From Clytia hemisphaerica (Eukaryota), in the NCBI RefSeq assembly GCF_902728285.1, contig NW_027104280.1, forward strand, positions 419,995-483,994: a stretch of 64,000 bases of DNA, read 5' to 3'. Shown here in pieces: positions 19,461 to 32,300 of this stretch. Every line of letters starts with the position of its first letter. Position 1 is the stretch's first letter. The position numbers were made by a program, and so were the translations under genes. The notes below the pieces were generated by a model that ran no database searches, had not been told where the DNA came from, and saw nothing but the letters and a program-made list of their open reading frames with translations.

Positions 19461-21816
19461 CTGCAAGAAAATAAATTTACAAGAAGATGAGTCGATCATC
19501 CCAAAAACCACCTAATTCTTTCTTCTTGAAAAAAACTCACAGTAAGCAAGAAAAGCTTTGATATAATGTACATTTTCTCATTTCAAAATCCCTACCCCTG
19601 CCCTCCATATAAATATGGGACAAACTCTTATTTGATTTGGTTGGTCGTTAACCAGTGATAAAACAATTTTGCTACTTTTTCTAAAGAACGCGTCATCTCT
19701 ACCACTTCAAATGACCAATTAGTGAAGTATCTTGTAAAAACTCGAGCTCATCTCATAAATATGCCCCTGTGGTTGCTTACTTCTTTAAAAGGTTTCATTT
19801 AAATTCTCCGTTTTTGTAAATTTTGTGAGGGCTTTATTCCCTAAAAAAGAAAAGGGTCCACGCTCGTTGGTACATACCTGTTATCCGTCCTGCTTCTTGA
19901 AGGTTTTCCAATCTTTCAATAACTTCTTGTGTTTTTAAGTTGAATTTCAAAGCTAAATCCTCTAGTTGTACAACCTTGGCCCCCTACAAGAAGAGAAAAA
20001 TATGGAAGTTGTATATATTTGCTGTAAGCAAACATTAAATCCTGAAAGTTGAGGGCAAAAAAAATATTTCGAGGGCTACTTCTAGGAATTCTCCAAAAAC
20101 TGTTATATTTTTTATTCTGATTGGAAAGAGCTTGAACACAAGCACCTAAGATCAAATTAAAGCTGACGCTAAAAAAAACTGTCCATGGTTGACACCCGTA
20201 CCTTTATGAAATCGATGAATTCTTGTAGCAAGGCTTGACTCTAAAAGATAAATTAAAAGGTATAATTGAGTAAATTTCAAACATTGATTCCTATTATGCT
20301 TCACTAAACAATTGTACTTTGTACTCTGGTATTTTCTTAAGATGTTGTTAAGTTTGATAAGACAGAAGTTCACAAGAGAGGACTTTACCTCTTCCTCGGA
20401 TAGGACTCCAATTTCGCCAGATTCTTCGATGATGAAAGATTCTTTCAGTTTCAAATATTCTTCATATTCCTCTTTTTCTTTCTTTTCTTTCAAAAGGCGA
20501 AGCTCTTCTTCCTACAAGAACAAAGAATGGATGGATGAATGAATGAATGGATGCAAGTTTTTTCGACGGTGTCTGAGAAGATAATAAAATTTAAGTTTAT
20601 CATGACTTAGATCAATATTATTTTCATGAATGTCAGTTCAAAGTTTCTTGTTCAAACCTTGGCTAGTTCCTCAGCTTCTCTTTGTTTTGCATCTTTTTCT
20701 CTTTCTTTCTCTAAAAGTGCTTCTTGTTTTTTTCGTTCTGCTCTTTCTTCTTCCAACGCCTGCAATGAAAAAAAGCGTTGTTTAAAGAAAGTCGCGTGAG
20801 TTCAAAGGGAGAAACATATTCAAGTTTTTTCTCTGACCTAAAATTAATTTTGTAGTAATTGCGTAGAGAGTCAAGACTTCAGAGAAAGAGCCATCAATGA
20901 AGGAGAGAATGCGTCAGAAGCAACAAAAAACTCATTCGAAGGCTCCAAACCTCTCGTTCGGCTTTCTTCTCAGCTTTGGCAATCATCTTTGCGCGTTTCT
21001 TGGCACCAATCTTCCCTCCACCTTCTCCTGATGCATCTATTACTTCGTTATCGCTTTCTCCTCCAAAGTCTCCTGTAAAGAAGGAAACATTGAAAGATAA
21101 CAAGGGAGAGAGAGAAAGAAATACAAACAGTTATTTCTAAACAAAATTCTATCCCCAATGATAGTATAATGATTATAGTAATTCAATCAAATTCAATTTC
21201 TTTTACCAAAATTATCATCAGGTTCAGGTTCATCTCTCCTTTGAACTCTCATTCTTGGACCTCTCCGGCGCCCACTTGGCCCAACAACTGCCGGTCCTTG
21301 AGATGCCTCATTTGGTCTTGCAGGAACTGGTGTCTTTTCTAGTAAAATCAATCAAAAAAGTGGTTGATTAATGATACATTTTACGAAAGCCATACTATAC
21401 TAATAACCTCTATGATAGTTGTTTTGGAGAATGCTACAGCCTATTGAATAACAAATTACTCCACATACATTACTTTCCCTCGGCCAATAAAAACGTGATA
21501 AATGATCTTGTCTCTAGGTAACTGTAACAGTTGTGGAATAATTAGTTATTCAATAGGCCGTTGCGTCCTCCAAAACAAATATTCAATTCAAACTAAAGTC
21601 ATAAGCTCTAATGAACAACCCCAACGCAACGTAAAGGGCATATTAGAAAGTGCGCTATAGGGTAGAGGTTGACTTACTTTCTTTTTTCTTTTTCCCTTGA
21701 CTTGAAAAGAAGTAGGATAGATAAAGAACAATTCCAATGACCAAAGCAACAATCAACCAAACAACTGCTGCAGTTTGCTGTTGGTCTGCTCCATTGCTTC
21801 CATGTGACTGTGCCAT
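19281..21816 (-). CDS. DDRGK1: DDRGK domain-containing protein 1 (UFM1-system ER membrane protein) ortholog; 8 exons: 21816-21678, 21338-21207, 21072-20951, 20759-20658, 20511-20389, 20239-20201, 19983-19878, 19460-19281
   Basis: Spliced translation: [297 protein letters not shown]... This matches human DDRGK1 (GKIGAKKLRKLEEK..., [93 protein letters not shown]) and has an N-terminal TM helix. Confidence 0.85.
19878..19983 (-). CDS. DDRGK1: DDRGK1 exon 7 (PCI/winged-helix part)
   Basis: cttgtag|ggggcc...aacag|gtatgt. Confidence 0.8.
20201..20239 (-). CDS. DDRGK1: DDRGK1 exon 6 ([13 protein letters not shown])
   Basis: tcttttag|agtcaag...ataaag|gtacgg. Confidence 0.7.
20389..20511 (-). CDS. 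DDRGK1: DDRGK1 exon 5 ([17 protein letters not shown])
   Basis: ttcttgtag|gaagaag...gaagag|gtaaag. Confidence 0.8.
20658..20759 (-). CDS. DDRGK1: DDRGK1 exon 4 (charged coiled coil)
   Basis: attgcag|gcgttgg...gccaag|gtttga. Confidence 0.7.
20951..21072 (-). CDS. DDRGK1: DDRGK1 exon 3 ([22 protein letters not shown])
   Basis: ctttacag|gagacttt...cgagag|gtttgg. Confidence 0.7.
21207..21338 (-). CDS. DDRGK1: DDRGK1 exon 2
   Basis: ttttactag|aaaagacacc...aattttg|gtaaaag. Confidence 0.7.
21678..21816 (-). CDS. DDRGK1: DDRGK1 exon 1 (start codon, TM helix)
   Basis: ATG is the reverse complement of 21814-21816; donor gaaa|gtaagtc. Confidence 0.75.
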
Positions 21817-22243
21817 CGTCTTTATATATTTTATTGTTTATTTATTATCTGTAAAATATCATATTAGGGAAATGATTTCGAATTAAAAAGCATCATTAAC
21901 TCAACCAGCTAAGAATAAAAATACTATACCACCAGGATTAGAAACGAGGTTAGTAAGTAAGTAAGTAATGAATTTATTTGTCTTAGTAAGCGAGACGAGG
22001 GACCACACTCATAGACATAAAGCTAAACTAAGGAGGTGGCCGCACGCTACTGTTACAAGAAAAAATAGTTTCTAAGATCTTACTAGGATACATTGAAAAT
22101 AATTTTTTTATAAAATAGCAAAGAAAATGAAAAATTCAGAACGAAACTCGAAAATCGTAAAAATTAAGTATATGAAGAGAGGAAATACAATCTTGTTAAA
22201 TCTTTGAGACGATCCAATGTTAGTGTAGAGATGTCGTCATAGG

Positions 22244-25175
22244 CTAGGTATTTTTGTATTTCGTTCCAAATCGAAATAGATTGAAGTATAAAATTGAGTA
22301 ATTACTATAAGTCACTGTGGTTACTTCAGGAGTTTTTAAAAGACCAGACTTACAACGAATTACATTATGACGGTCAGTATCATTTAGACGCCTATATTCA
22401 AGACTTTGCAGAAGAGGAAGAGGTAGCTTGTGATTTAAAAGTTTAAACAGTAAAATGATATTTAAGTATTTGACAAAGTCAAAAAAGGAAAGAAGTTTAA
22501 AGTCCAAAAGTAAGGGAAACGAATGTGCACGAAAATCAGAGAAGGACATAATTCTAAGAGCTTGCTTCTGGAGAATAAGAGCTCGTTTAGCATGAGTAGT
22601 TTGACGTTGGCCCCAAATTTGGGCTGCATAAGAAAGATGACAATGGAAGAGAGAAAAGTACAATGATGTTAAGGTTTTTTTGTTGACATAATGTCGAAGT
22701 TTACTCAGAGCCCCATTGGCTCTTTTTAATTTGTTACATACAAAATCAACGTGATGTTTCCAGTTGAGATGCTCGTCAATATACACGCCAAGATATTTTA
22801 CAACTTTGCTTGGCCTAAGCCGATGACCATTGATTTTAATTTTTAAATCGTAGTTGATTTTCTTTCTGACTGGACGGAAGATCATAAGCTCAGTCTTGCT
22901 GGTGTTCAGAGATATTTTGTTTGCCTTCAGCCAATTCATCAAGAGTTTTAGATCAATATTGGCTTGCTTTGAAATTGGTTTTAGGGATTCGTTTGAAAAA
23001 AATAACATAGTGTCGTCAGCAAAAAGATTGACCAATGCATATCGAAGTGCAATGTGGAGATCATTCACATAAAGAAGAAAAAGTAAAGGGCCAAGGACAG
23101 AGCCTTGCGGGACACCATGTTCCATGGGTTTTGATCTTGAGTTTTTACCAGATACTGACACGAATTGTGATCTACCAGAAAGAAAAGAACGAAACCAGTC
23201 AAGAGCTTTGCCACGAATGCCATAAAAATCGAGTTTTGACAGTAGAATTGAGTGATCGACGGTATCAAAGGCTTTTTGCAAATCGATAAAGATAGAACAT
23301 CCATACTCACCATCATCAAGAGCTTTAGAAATTTTGTTTATGCAGTAAAGAAGAGCTGTCTCAGTTGAATGATTGGAACGAAAACCAAATTGTAAAGGAT
23401 ATATAGAGTTAGAATGATCAAGAAAGTTTATTAGCCGCTTGTGCATAAGTTTTTGGAAAATTTTGTCGATGTTTGAAAGAAGAGAGATGGGCCTGTAGTT
23501 TTCAGCATCAAATGGAGAGCCCTTATTTTTGAAGACGGGGATGACTTTCGCTTCTTTGAGTTGACTAGGAAAGATACCAGTAAAGAAAGAAAGATTTATG
23601 ACATCTGCAAAGATTGAAGAAAGACTTTTCAGATTTGAGGAGATGATTCGAAAAGGAATGCTGTTGGGACCTGAAGCTTTATGTTCACTGAGAGATGAAA
23701 TAACTTTGGAGATTTCATTTTTGGAAGTTGGAGAAACAAGAAAGTGATTGACGTTTCGATTGTCATTCTTCAGCCATTCTGAGAAATGATGACGCGTGTA
23801 AGGAATTTTAGAGCGTATCTTACCTGCAATAGTAGAGAAAAAGTCGTTAAAAGCTTCAGAAACTTCTTCAGGATCAGAAGATAAAGAATCATTGATATTC
23901 AAGGAAATGCCAGTGGAAGAAGAAGAAGAGGATATAATCTCTCTGACGCCTTGCCATAGTTTGCGAAGATTACCAGAATTTTGAAAAAAGTAACGAGAAT
24001 AATAAAGTTTTTTACTTGCACGAATAAGAGACACAATTCGATTTCGATAAAATTTATACCTACCACGGAGAAATTTTTTAAGATCAGGTGAAGAATCGGG
24101 TACTCTCAGATAGTCGTTGTTAAGGTTATCTCTGATTTCCATGGAGTAACGAATGCCTTTGGTGATCCAAGGTTTTAGTAAGAGATCAGCCTGACGTCTG
24201 GTCAATTGTTTAAGGGGAACATGTTTGTCATGCAAAGAATTAAATCGAGTTATAAAAGAGTTAAAAGACGAATCAACATTTCCCCTTTCAATACCAAGAA
24301 GACGTTTCCAATCCACGTTCTCGAATTCTTCTTTGAAACCTACTTCATCAAAGTTTGACCAATCTCGACGAGAAGGAAGTTCAGGTTTATAGTGAGAGCT
24401 ACAATCGGTGTTTAGAATCAAAAATTGTGGAAGATGATCGGATATCGAGACAGTGAGGTTTCCAGAAATTGAAGAGCAGTTTAGAGGAGAGATAAAAATA
24501 TTATCAATGAGAGTACTTGAAGTATCAGTGAGCCGCGTTGGAAGAGTAATAGATGGAAGAATTTGATAGGCACCAAGGACGTCAAGAAATTTGGAGTGAG
24601 AGATTTCAGAATCACAAGTCAAAAGATCACCCAAGTCACCCAACAGGACGAGATTTTTGTTTTCTTGACAAGACTTTCGCAACAAAGGAGTTAAGATTTT
24701 TTCGTTAAAAAGATCAATGTCGAAAAGAGGGTGTTTATAAATACATCCAACAATGAAATTTTTACGGTTTTTCAGGACAATTTCAGCAAAGGTGGATTCA
24801 AGGTTGCCAGAATTAGAATATACAAGCTTTGAAAGATCTTCACGAGGCTTGCTATTGAAAGATTTAGAAATAAAAAGGGCAGTTCCCCCAACTGTTGTGA
24901 CTGCCGGGGTATCGAATGACTTAAAACCAGGGATGGAGAGCTCAGTATTTTCGATCGTAGAATGAAGCCTTGTCTCAGTGATACCAAAAATGCTAAAAAT
25001 GATGGTTGAGACGAGAAAGTAACGTAGTAAGATTATCGTGGTGTTTTTCTAAAGAGCAAATGTTCAGATGGAAGCAAGAAAAATTTTGTTTTTTGAGAGA
25101 AAGAGAAGAAAATTCTTGAGTACTAAAATATTTGCAATCAAAATGATTAACATTGTTCATCGATTTGAGAATCAA
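22244..25175 (-). CDS. LINE ORF2 (endonuclease / reverse transcriptase), with one +/-1 frameshift at about 24988-24993
   Basis: An 813-aa ORF in the track, plus an in-frame upstream APE region read from the sequence. Confidence 0.8.
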
Positions 25176-25440
25176 AATTAGAAAAAGTATCTGAAATAGA
25201 ATTTAAGTGTTTAAAATAGGTTTTCAAGTGACTTATGTCTTTACCAATGGGTAAATTTTCATCAGAATCAAGGTTAGGTAAAGCATCATACCTGCATAGT
25301 TTACAAAGCCAGATGTTCCTTAAAAATTTTGATTCGACACCAAGACACTTAGCATGAGATCGCCTTTCGCAGTTAGGACAAAAATGAAAAGTTTTAGCCG
25401 TTATTTTTTTCGAGCAAACAGAGCATTCATCGTTTGCCAT
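25147..25440 (-). CDS. LINE ORF1 (PHD/C4HC3-type zinc-finger protein)
   Basis: MANDECSVCSKKITAKTFHFCPNCERRSHAKCLGVESKFLRNIWLCKLCRY. Confidence 0.7.
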   Translation of the reverse strand: MANDECSVCSKKITAKTFHFCPNCERRSHAKCLGVESKFLRNIWLCKLCRYDALPNLDSDENLPIGKDISHLKTYFKHLNSISDTFSNFDSQIDEQC

Positions 25441-26149
25441 TGTAAGTTAGACTTACTTCTCTTTTTCCCTTAACAACAATTCAATGCTGCAACAAAAACG
25501 AAGTAGTCTCTTCGACTGCTTGCTCACTTATTTTGTATGTTATTCTTGACGGTAGTAAATAAAGTGATTTATTCCACTAAATTTTACTAAATTTTATGAC
25601 AACGGGAACAGTCTAGTGTGGATCAGAATTTGTTGGAATTTTCCTAAAATTTTGCTTGGGATTTCAGGGGATTTACGCATCCTTATAAGCATTTTCAGTC
25701 TTGTCAAGCCCTCAAACCAAGCATCTTTGAGCCCGTTTTCAAATTTTTGTAAACATGTAATGGGAAAAACTTATCTATCCAGAATCAAGATTCCTTTGTA
25801 TTTGAAACTGACTTCTTTATCCAAAAAAAATAAAGCAAAATCTTGCAGGGTATTCTGAAGATTCTGGCCAGCTGAATGATTCATACATTTCCTAATGTGG
25901 ACTTGATTTGTGTAAAAATTTAAAAAATTCAAATAATTTAGTGAGATTGTCAAAGATTGTCAAAACTCCTGTAACTATGGGCAATCACCCCGTTGCTAAG
26001 ATGTTGGCTTGAGATAAAAAATGAAACTACTGAAAATGAAAGTAAAATCGGTTTGCACTCCAAATCCCATAATATCATACATAAATGAGTTTAAGTCTAT
26101 ATACTGCCTTAATATACAGAGTAGTTCATTAAGTCCTTGCTCCTTCCCG

Positions 26150-26330
26150 CTTTTTGCTCCCTGATCCCTTTTTATCCCTAATCTTTTTTTCACTCCTTGA
26201 TCTCTTTTCGCTCCTTGATCTTTTTTTGCACTTCGATCCTTTTTGCCATTTCTTTTGTTCCTGATTCACTCCTTGGTCCCTTTTTGCTCCTCGATCCCTT
26301 TTTTGACTCCCTGATTCATTTATGCAACAA
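26150..26330. repeat. Minisatellite, about 19-20-bp unit 'cctttttgctccytgatc', about 9 copies
   Basis: Direct tandem copies visible in the sequence. Confidence 0.8.
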
Positions 26331-27107
26331 AACTAATTGGAGCCATTCAATAAATGTCAACCTCAAATAACACCCTTCAGAGCAATTTGAGATAATTTCA
26401 GAGCTTTAACATATCCAAAATCTGATTCAAAAGTCAACTTACAGGGAGTCAAAGAACCCTAATAGTGTCAACCTCAGGCCATGTTAACCTAAACTTTGGC
26501 TCCTACTTCAAAATAGCATATCTCGAGTAAACCTCATAAAAAGATACTTATATGTCTAGAAAGCAAAATTATTCAGCCTAACCATACTAAAGTTTCAGTT
26601 GTCAACCTCAAACTTAGCACATTTTATGGGGCTAAATGTAAATCTCAACAAAAATGTCACAAAATACCCCCTCCATTTTTGACCAGCAACAAATGGATTA
26701 TATAAGTAAGTGATAATTTTATTTTGAAGTTTGTTTTTAAAAACAAAACCCCCGTGCTAGTTGATAATTTCATTTTCTTAACGTATGGACCCATTTGGAA
26801 GTATTTGTAATACAGATCATTTGGCAGTGTAGTTGCAGCCTATACAAGAATTGGAATCTAAAGTCTGAAGTCGTAACTCCTTACCAGTGACCCTGCAGAG
26901 AAATTTTTAGTTGGCAGACACTGACTTTAGGTTGGTTTGGAAATCGTTTTATTTTGAAATGTAATCTTCACTTTAGATAAATACTTTTATTTATTTCGAT
27001 TCATGAAAGGTTCAATCAAGGTTTGTTTACTTATTTAATTCAAATTATTTCATTGATTAATTGAGCTGCAATAGCTGATTGAAAAACGAAGATTTTTTAT
27101 AGTTATC

Positions 27108-28205
27108 AGCGTGGGCTTGGCTGCCATTTTGAATTTCGATTTTTTTTCTCCTGTACTTGGCAATTTAGAGGTAGTTCGTAATTCCCGATTTGGCTTACGC
27201 GTAACACTTGTGATACTTGTGATAGGATCGATCATCGGAACGGCTCGATGACGGATCGATATGTGATGGATGGATTACTTAACGATCCGGATAGGAGATC
27301 GATAGAGGATCGATACTCAAGATTTTTTCAAGCTTATGATTAGTTATCGATCTATCATCGATCTTTTATCGATCTTATCGACCCTATCGACTCATACTCG
27401 ATTTACGATCGATAACAAATCGATTAACGATCGATGACGAATCGATATACTTGATTGAAATACTAGCTCGATAATGGATCCAACAAAGGATCGATACTCA
27501 AGACTTTTTAATGGCTGAATCTTCCATCGATCTCCCATCCGGATCGTTAAGTAATCCATCGATCACATATCGATCCGCCATCGACCTAACAGATGGCCCA
27601 TTTTGCCTTTCCTATCTTTCACCTTACCTGTTTATTCTACTTTCTGAGACTTAGTTTCTCATTTCTGACTGAGTTTTCATACCTGTCAATCATTTTTCCA
27701 TCAATTTCGACCAATCTAATTTTCGCACCGAGTGGGATTCAAACCACCACCAAAGAAAGACCTTCAGATTCGGAAACCAGCGCTCTATCCATCGAGCCAT
27801 CGCCGCACAGCAAAATCACGCAATTCATAACACATTATACCGAACTGGCAAAAGACGGGGGTAATGTTATTATAATATGGGTAAAAGTACCCCTTTTTTA
27901 AACCTGACTGAAATTCGAGCCGTTACTAGCAACCCTGCGGGGCCCAAGGCGCCGAGTATGCACCCGGCACAGTGACAAGCCGTTACTAGCAACCCTGACC
28001 CTGACCCAATACCCCCTGAATCACGGAATGATGGATAGGAAAAATTATCGGGGAAAAAATTGCTCTGCGCGGTCTGTGCATATAGCGAAATTTCATCATG
28101 GGCTTGGCCGCCATTTTGAATTTCGATTTTTTTTCTCCTGTACTCGGCAATTTAGAGGTTGTTCGTAATACGCGATTTGGCTTACGCGTAACACTTGTGC
28201 CTGGT
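27108..28205. repeat. About 110-bp direct repeats (27108-27215 and 28095-28205) flanking a palindromic, ATCGAT-rich foldback structure (27237-27590) and duplicated 'gccgttactagcaaccctg' motifs (27913-27990)
   Basis: 'gggcttggc.gccattttgaatttcgattttttttctcctgtact.ggcaatttagagg..gttcgtaat.c.cgatttggcttacgcgtaacacttgtg' is present twice. 27257-27290 'ggatggattacttaacgatccggat' is the reverse complement of 27540-27565. Confidence 0.7.
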
Positions 28206-28903
28206 CTATAGGTCACGGTGTCACGGTACATAACTAAGTCAAAAGAAATTCTTCAGAGGTTTGTTTTTGTACTTTCTGGGTTCAAAGACGATTGGTTGCC
28301 AACTAGAGCGGTCGCCAACTGGGCAAGGGACTCTAATGAATGGGAATCGAACAATAAAACTATAAATAAAGTTAAAGTGCACACTTCTTCTTTGTTGATA
28401 TACCGCGCAAACTAGAGATTTAACAGTCTTGATATAAAGCAGACTTAACCTCTAAATAAATCAAATGTAGATCAACCTACCTAGGAGTATTACAAAAAAC
28501 ACCAAAATGACAGTCAAAAACCACCAAAAGTCCAAAAAGTCCTCTACGACCAAAAATCATTAAAAAATTGCCTTCTTCAATCAGCAGCCATGCCGGTATT
28601 CCGCTACTTGATGATACGCCGCTCGCTTCTAGAAATATAAATGAGATAACAGGCCTTGATATATTTTACAAAAAAATAATAATATGGTGAAATTGAACCC
28701 ACTTTTAACAATTTTTAACTTTTTATAAGTAAAATGTCATTTTCAGGATAAATGGGTAAAAACAAGGTAAATCTAAACTCTATCTTAGGAAAATTTTTAT
28801 TAGTAAAAGTCTGTATTGAACTGACTAGTCTAATTTCCACGCTTTCAAACAACTGTAAACATTTCGGAAAATTTTTGTACAAAAACAAAGTTTTTTTCCC
28901 GAG

Positions 28904-29319
28904 ATGGAAGACCTCCTGACGAAGGGGCGTCAAAGTGCAGAAGAAATTTTCCAAGATGTATGCAGTATTCCACTAAAGAAGCAAAGACTTGACTCCATTT
29001 TGAGAACCATACTGCACCCTCTTAAGGTGTTTGACGATGACACAGCTTCCTTTTGTTCTTGGTTAATTTCCTACGAGCAAAAATTTGAAGAATTCATAAA
29101 ACAGCTGAAAACTTTTGATACATCCACTGTCTGTGGACTTGTTTGGAATGCAAATTTCTTTGCTTACAGATGTAGGGACTGTGGGATTTCCCCTTGTATG
29201 TCACTTTGTGCAGATTGTTTTGCTGCAGGAAATCATGAAGGTCATGATTTCAACATGTTCAAAAGTCAAGCCGGAGGAGCTTGTGATTGCGGTGATAGAA
29301 ATGTTATGAAACCTTCAGG
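28904..29319 (+). CDS. UBR3: UBR3-like exon 1 (start codon, UBR box)
   Basis: atg at 28904; donor tcagg|gtattt. Confidence 0.85.
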
Positions 29320-32300
29320 GTATTTTTATTTGTTCTCTTTATTCATTATGCCTTTTCCTTTTCAAATTCTTTGCTCTAGAAAGAGGGAAGTTTTATGTCC
29401 ATACACATAGAACCATTTTGGGTAACTTTTATTGAGAAAATTCTAGTGCTGTCATGTCATAGCAACTTGTTGTTCTTATTATCTTCACTTCAGACGTCCA
29501 GATTAGCCAAATATTAAATTTACAAAACTGAAAAAGCTTAGGATTCAATATTATGCTTTGAAAACTTCAAAGGGCCGGCGATTTACACAAAAACTTCGGC
29601 GCTGCGCATAGGCTTCGCAATCCCTATTCATAAATTTAAAAATATAGTTATAAATATCCCAATATTGTAATTTTTAACTCTTACAGCATCTTCATTAATT
29701 CTTTATACCAAAAAAATTAAACAATTTATAATTAAAACACACCTGCAACTAAAAGTGAACGAAACACTCGTGAAAATTTTGAATTATACAGCTTTAATTT
29801 AACATCTTTTTTAACCATCTCAATAACTTAACTTTTTAGAAAGCCTGGTGTTATAATTGTCATCCAGTAATTTCAATAAACATAACCTCTTTGCATATGT
29901 CATATTCCTTGTGATGTTTTTGTAACAATTCAGTACATGAAATGTTTGCTCACAGACTTCCGTATTCATCTTACGCACATCCTTAAATTTAGGAAGATCG
30001 GGATGGTATTTACAGTCGTCACTACTGAGCACGCATTTCGACTGCGTGTGTTTCTCAGCATGAAAAACGTCCACAATAAACATTAATTCTTCAATTTCCT
30101 TGGCAAAAACATTCCCTTCCCTTGCTAATCTACAGACGTACGGGTGTAGATCACAGGATCTATCATAAACTATACCTTTCAAGTTTCCATTAAGATTTCC
30201 TTGAAATATATCAATTAACCCTGTAAACACCATTGATAGACTTTCAGCAGTATACATTTCAAAATGGGACAATCGAATGCCGCATGATCTAAAAACATAC
30301 AACATACCAGCAGTCCGTGTCTCGTACTTGTTGCAATTCTCTTCTTTCTTGCAACCTTCTCCACTTGTAATAACATTCTCCAATAGCTTTACTCTTTGTC
30401 TAGTCATAGGATAAAGGTCTAATCTTTCATTTTTGATTTCATTTTTCATCTCTCCTGACTCGTTAGAGTGGATGTGGCATAATTTGGATCCTTTTAAAGA
30501 TTGATTTCCTCTAACCGGATTATTTATACAACGAACAACTTTGTTAACTTCTCCTATCTCATGAGGCAACTTAGTTATCGGTTTAGCGCAACAATATCGA
30601 TACAATTTTTCGTTTCCGTCGATTACAACCATCTTATTCTTGCAACCTATAATTTAGAAAAGTCATTATTTTGATTAATTTTGAAAAACCCCACTGGGAA
30701 ACAATTTAACCGGGATGCTGAGACAGGGGTGTAATAGTCATTTTTTCAATTTAAGCCTACACATATAATGATAAAATGAATCAAGTTCAAAATGTATCCG
30801 AATTACCTGTCTCGTTACATTCGTGTGAAAACCATTTTTGATCGATTACTTTTTTCAAGGTTGGATACACATCTTCACATATCTTTTCAATATCGAAATG
30901 TTTATTGTGGTCCTTTCTGTGCCATAACATTGTGGGGCAAATGCTTATTAGTCGTTTTATGAGCCAATGATTTTCGATGACTTCGGCAATCAGCTTTCTT
31001 TGTAGAGTCATCAATTCCAAATTCAACATTGTACATTTCGGAAATCTTATCAAAACTTGTAGCACCAATACAAATCTGTAGAGAAATCCTCTCTAGATAT
31101 CGTGTCGTAAAAGCTATGGATGACGTGATCATAAAGTAGTCATCTCCATCTGTTAGATACGTTCGATATCCATCTTTATTTTCTGTCCAGTGTCTGTAAA
31201 ACTTCGTCTTACACGTCTTACACAAACCATGGTAATTCAATCCATCAATAATGCCATTTTCAGTGTAAATCCTTACTTGGGATGCTCTAGGGTTAATCCT
31301 GATCTTCTTCGAGCAACAAGTAGTGGTAATTGGGATAAATGCTGGCTGCTCCATGTATTCGCTGTTCCCTGTTTTATACCTAACCATACAGGTGCTGCAG
31401 TGTAGGATATGACTTTCGATTGGACGAAAATAAACTTCACCATTTGGTAGGTCAAGGTCTACTAATACCTGTAGATTACTGTCACTTAATGTGGTTACAT
31501 ACGATTGCAAAGTCTTCGTTATGTATTCGATTCGGTGTGGAGTGCGTAATGAAACATTACTAAGTAAATTCTGTAACACTTTCAATACATCAATCCGAAT
31601 AATCATCTTCGCGCCTCTTAACTTTTCTCCGTATCTGCTTCCAGAAGGTTTGTACTCAAACAAATTTTTCTTTTGTACATAATTTGTTTCATAAAAAACT
31701 GACGTTACAATAAATTTTTCAAGAAGACAATGCAATGGCTTTTTTTAGTTGTGACGTCGGATTTTGATTTTGGGAGAACATTGCATTGCCATCTTTAAAA
31801 ATTAGAAACTTAACGGTCATAAATTCATTTCACCTCAATCAACACTCGAGGAACAATCATGTCGAAACCTTTGAAAGAAATCTCAGACGATGTTTACCGG
31901 CGCGCACTGGAAAAATGTTGGGCGGTAAAGTTGGACACACAGAAAACCTTCCCTACACTAATCGATGAATGGATAACAGTGGAGAAGAAAAAACTTGGAG
32001 TTCCGTATTCTTACCTTGCATACCCACTTCTAACGAGTATATCATACTGTCTCGGTGTGAGCAGAGTAAAACTGGCTGAATCGTACCAAGAACCCGTCAT
32101 CCTTTACTCGTTGGTATCAGGCAGAAGTGGTACAAATAAATCAAGCTGTGTATCACTTTTCCGAAATATCATCAACAAGATTGAAACAAATGAGCGAGAT
32201 GATAAACAGCACATCTTTGACAGTGGCACTATCGAGGGTCTCATGACCACACTTCATGAGAACAACGGCTCCGTTTTATGCGCTGTAGACGAGTTTTCCA

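Larger units (their letters stand above)
22150..25620 (-). mobile_element. Near-full-length non-LTR retrotransposon (LINE; CR1/L2/Jockey-clade-like) with ORF1 (PHD-type zinc finger) and ORF2 (APE endonuclease + RT + long C-terminal domain). One frameshift lies in a T-run near 24990
   Basis: ORF2: the EN block FHLNICSLEKHHDNL... / GITETRLHSTIENTELSIPGFKSF...GTALFISKSF...LLGDLGDLLTCD...SDHLPQFLILN, and the RT block FRSNHSTETALL...FIDLQKAFDTVDHSILLSKL...QGSVLGPLLFLLYVNDL...FADDTMLFF. ORF1: CSVCSKK...FHFCPNCERRSHAKC...WLCKLC. Confidence 0.85.
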
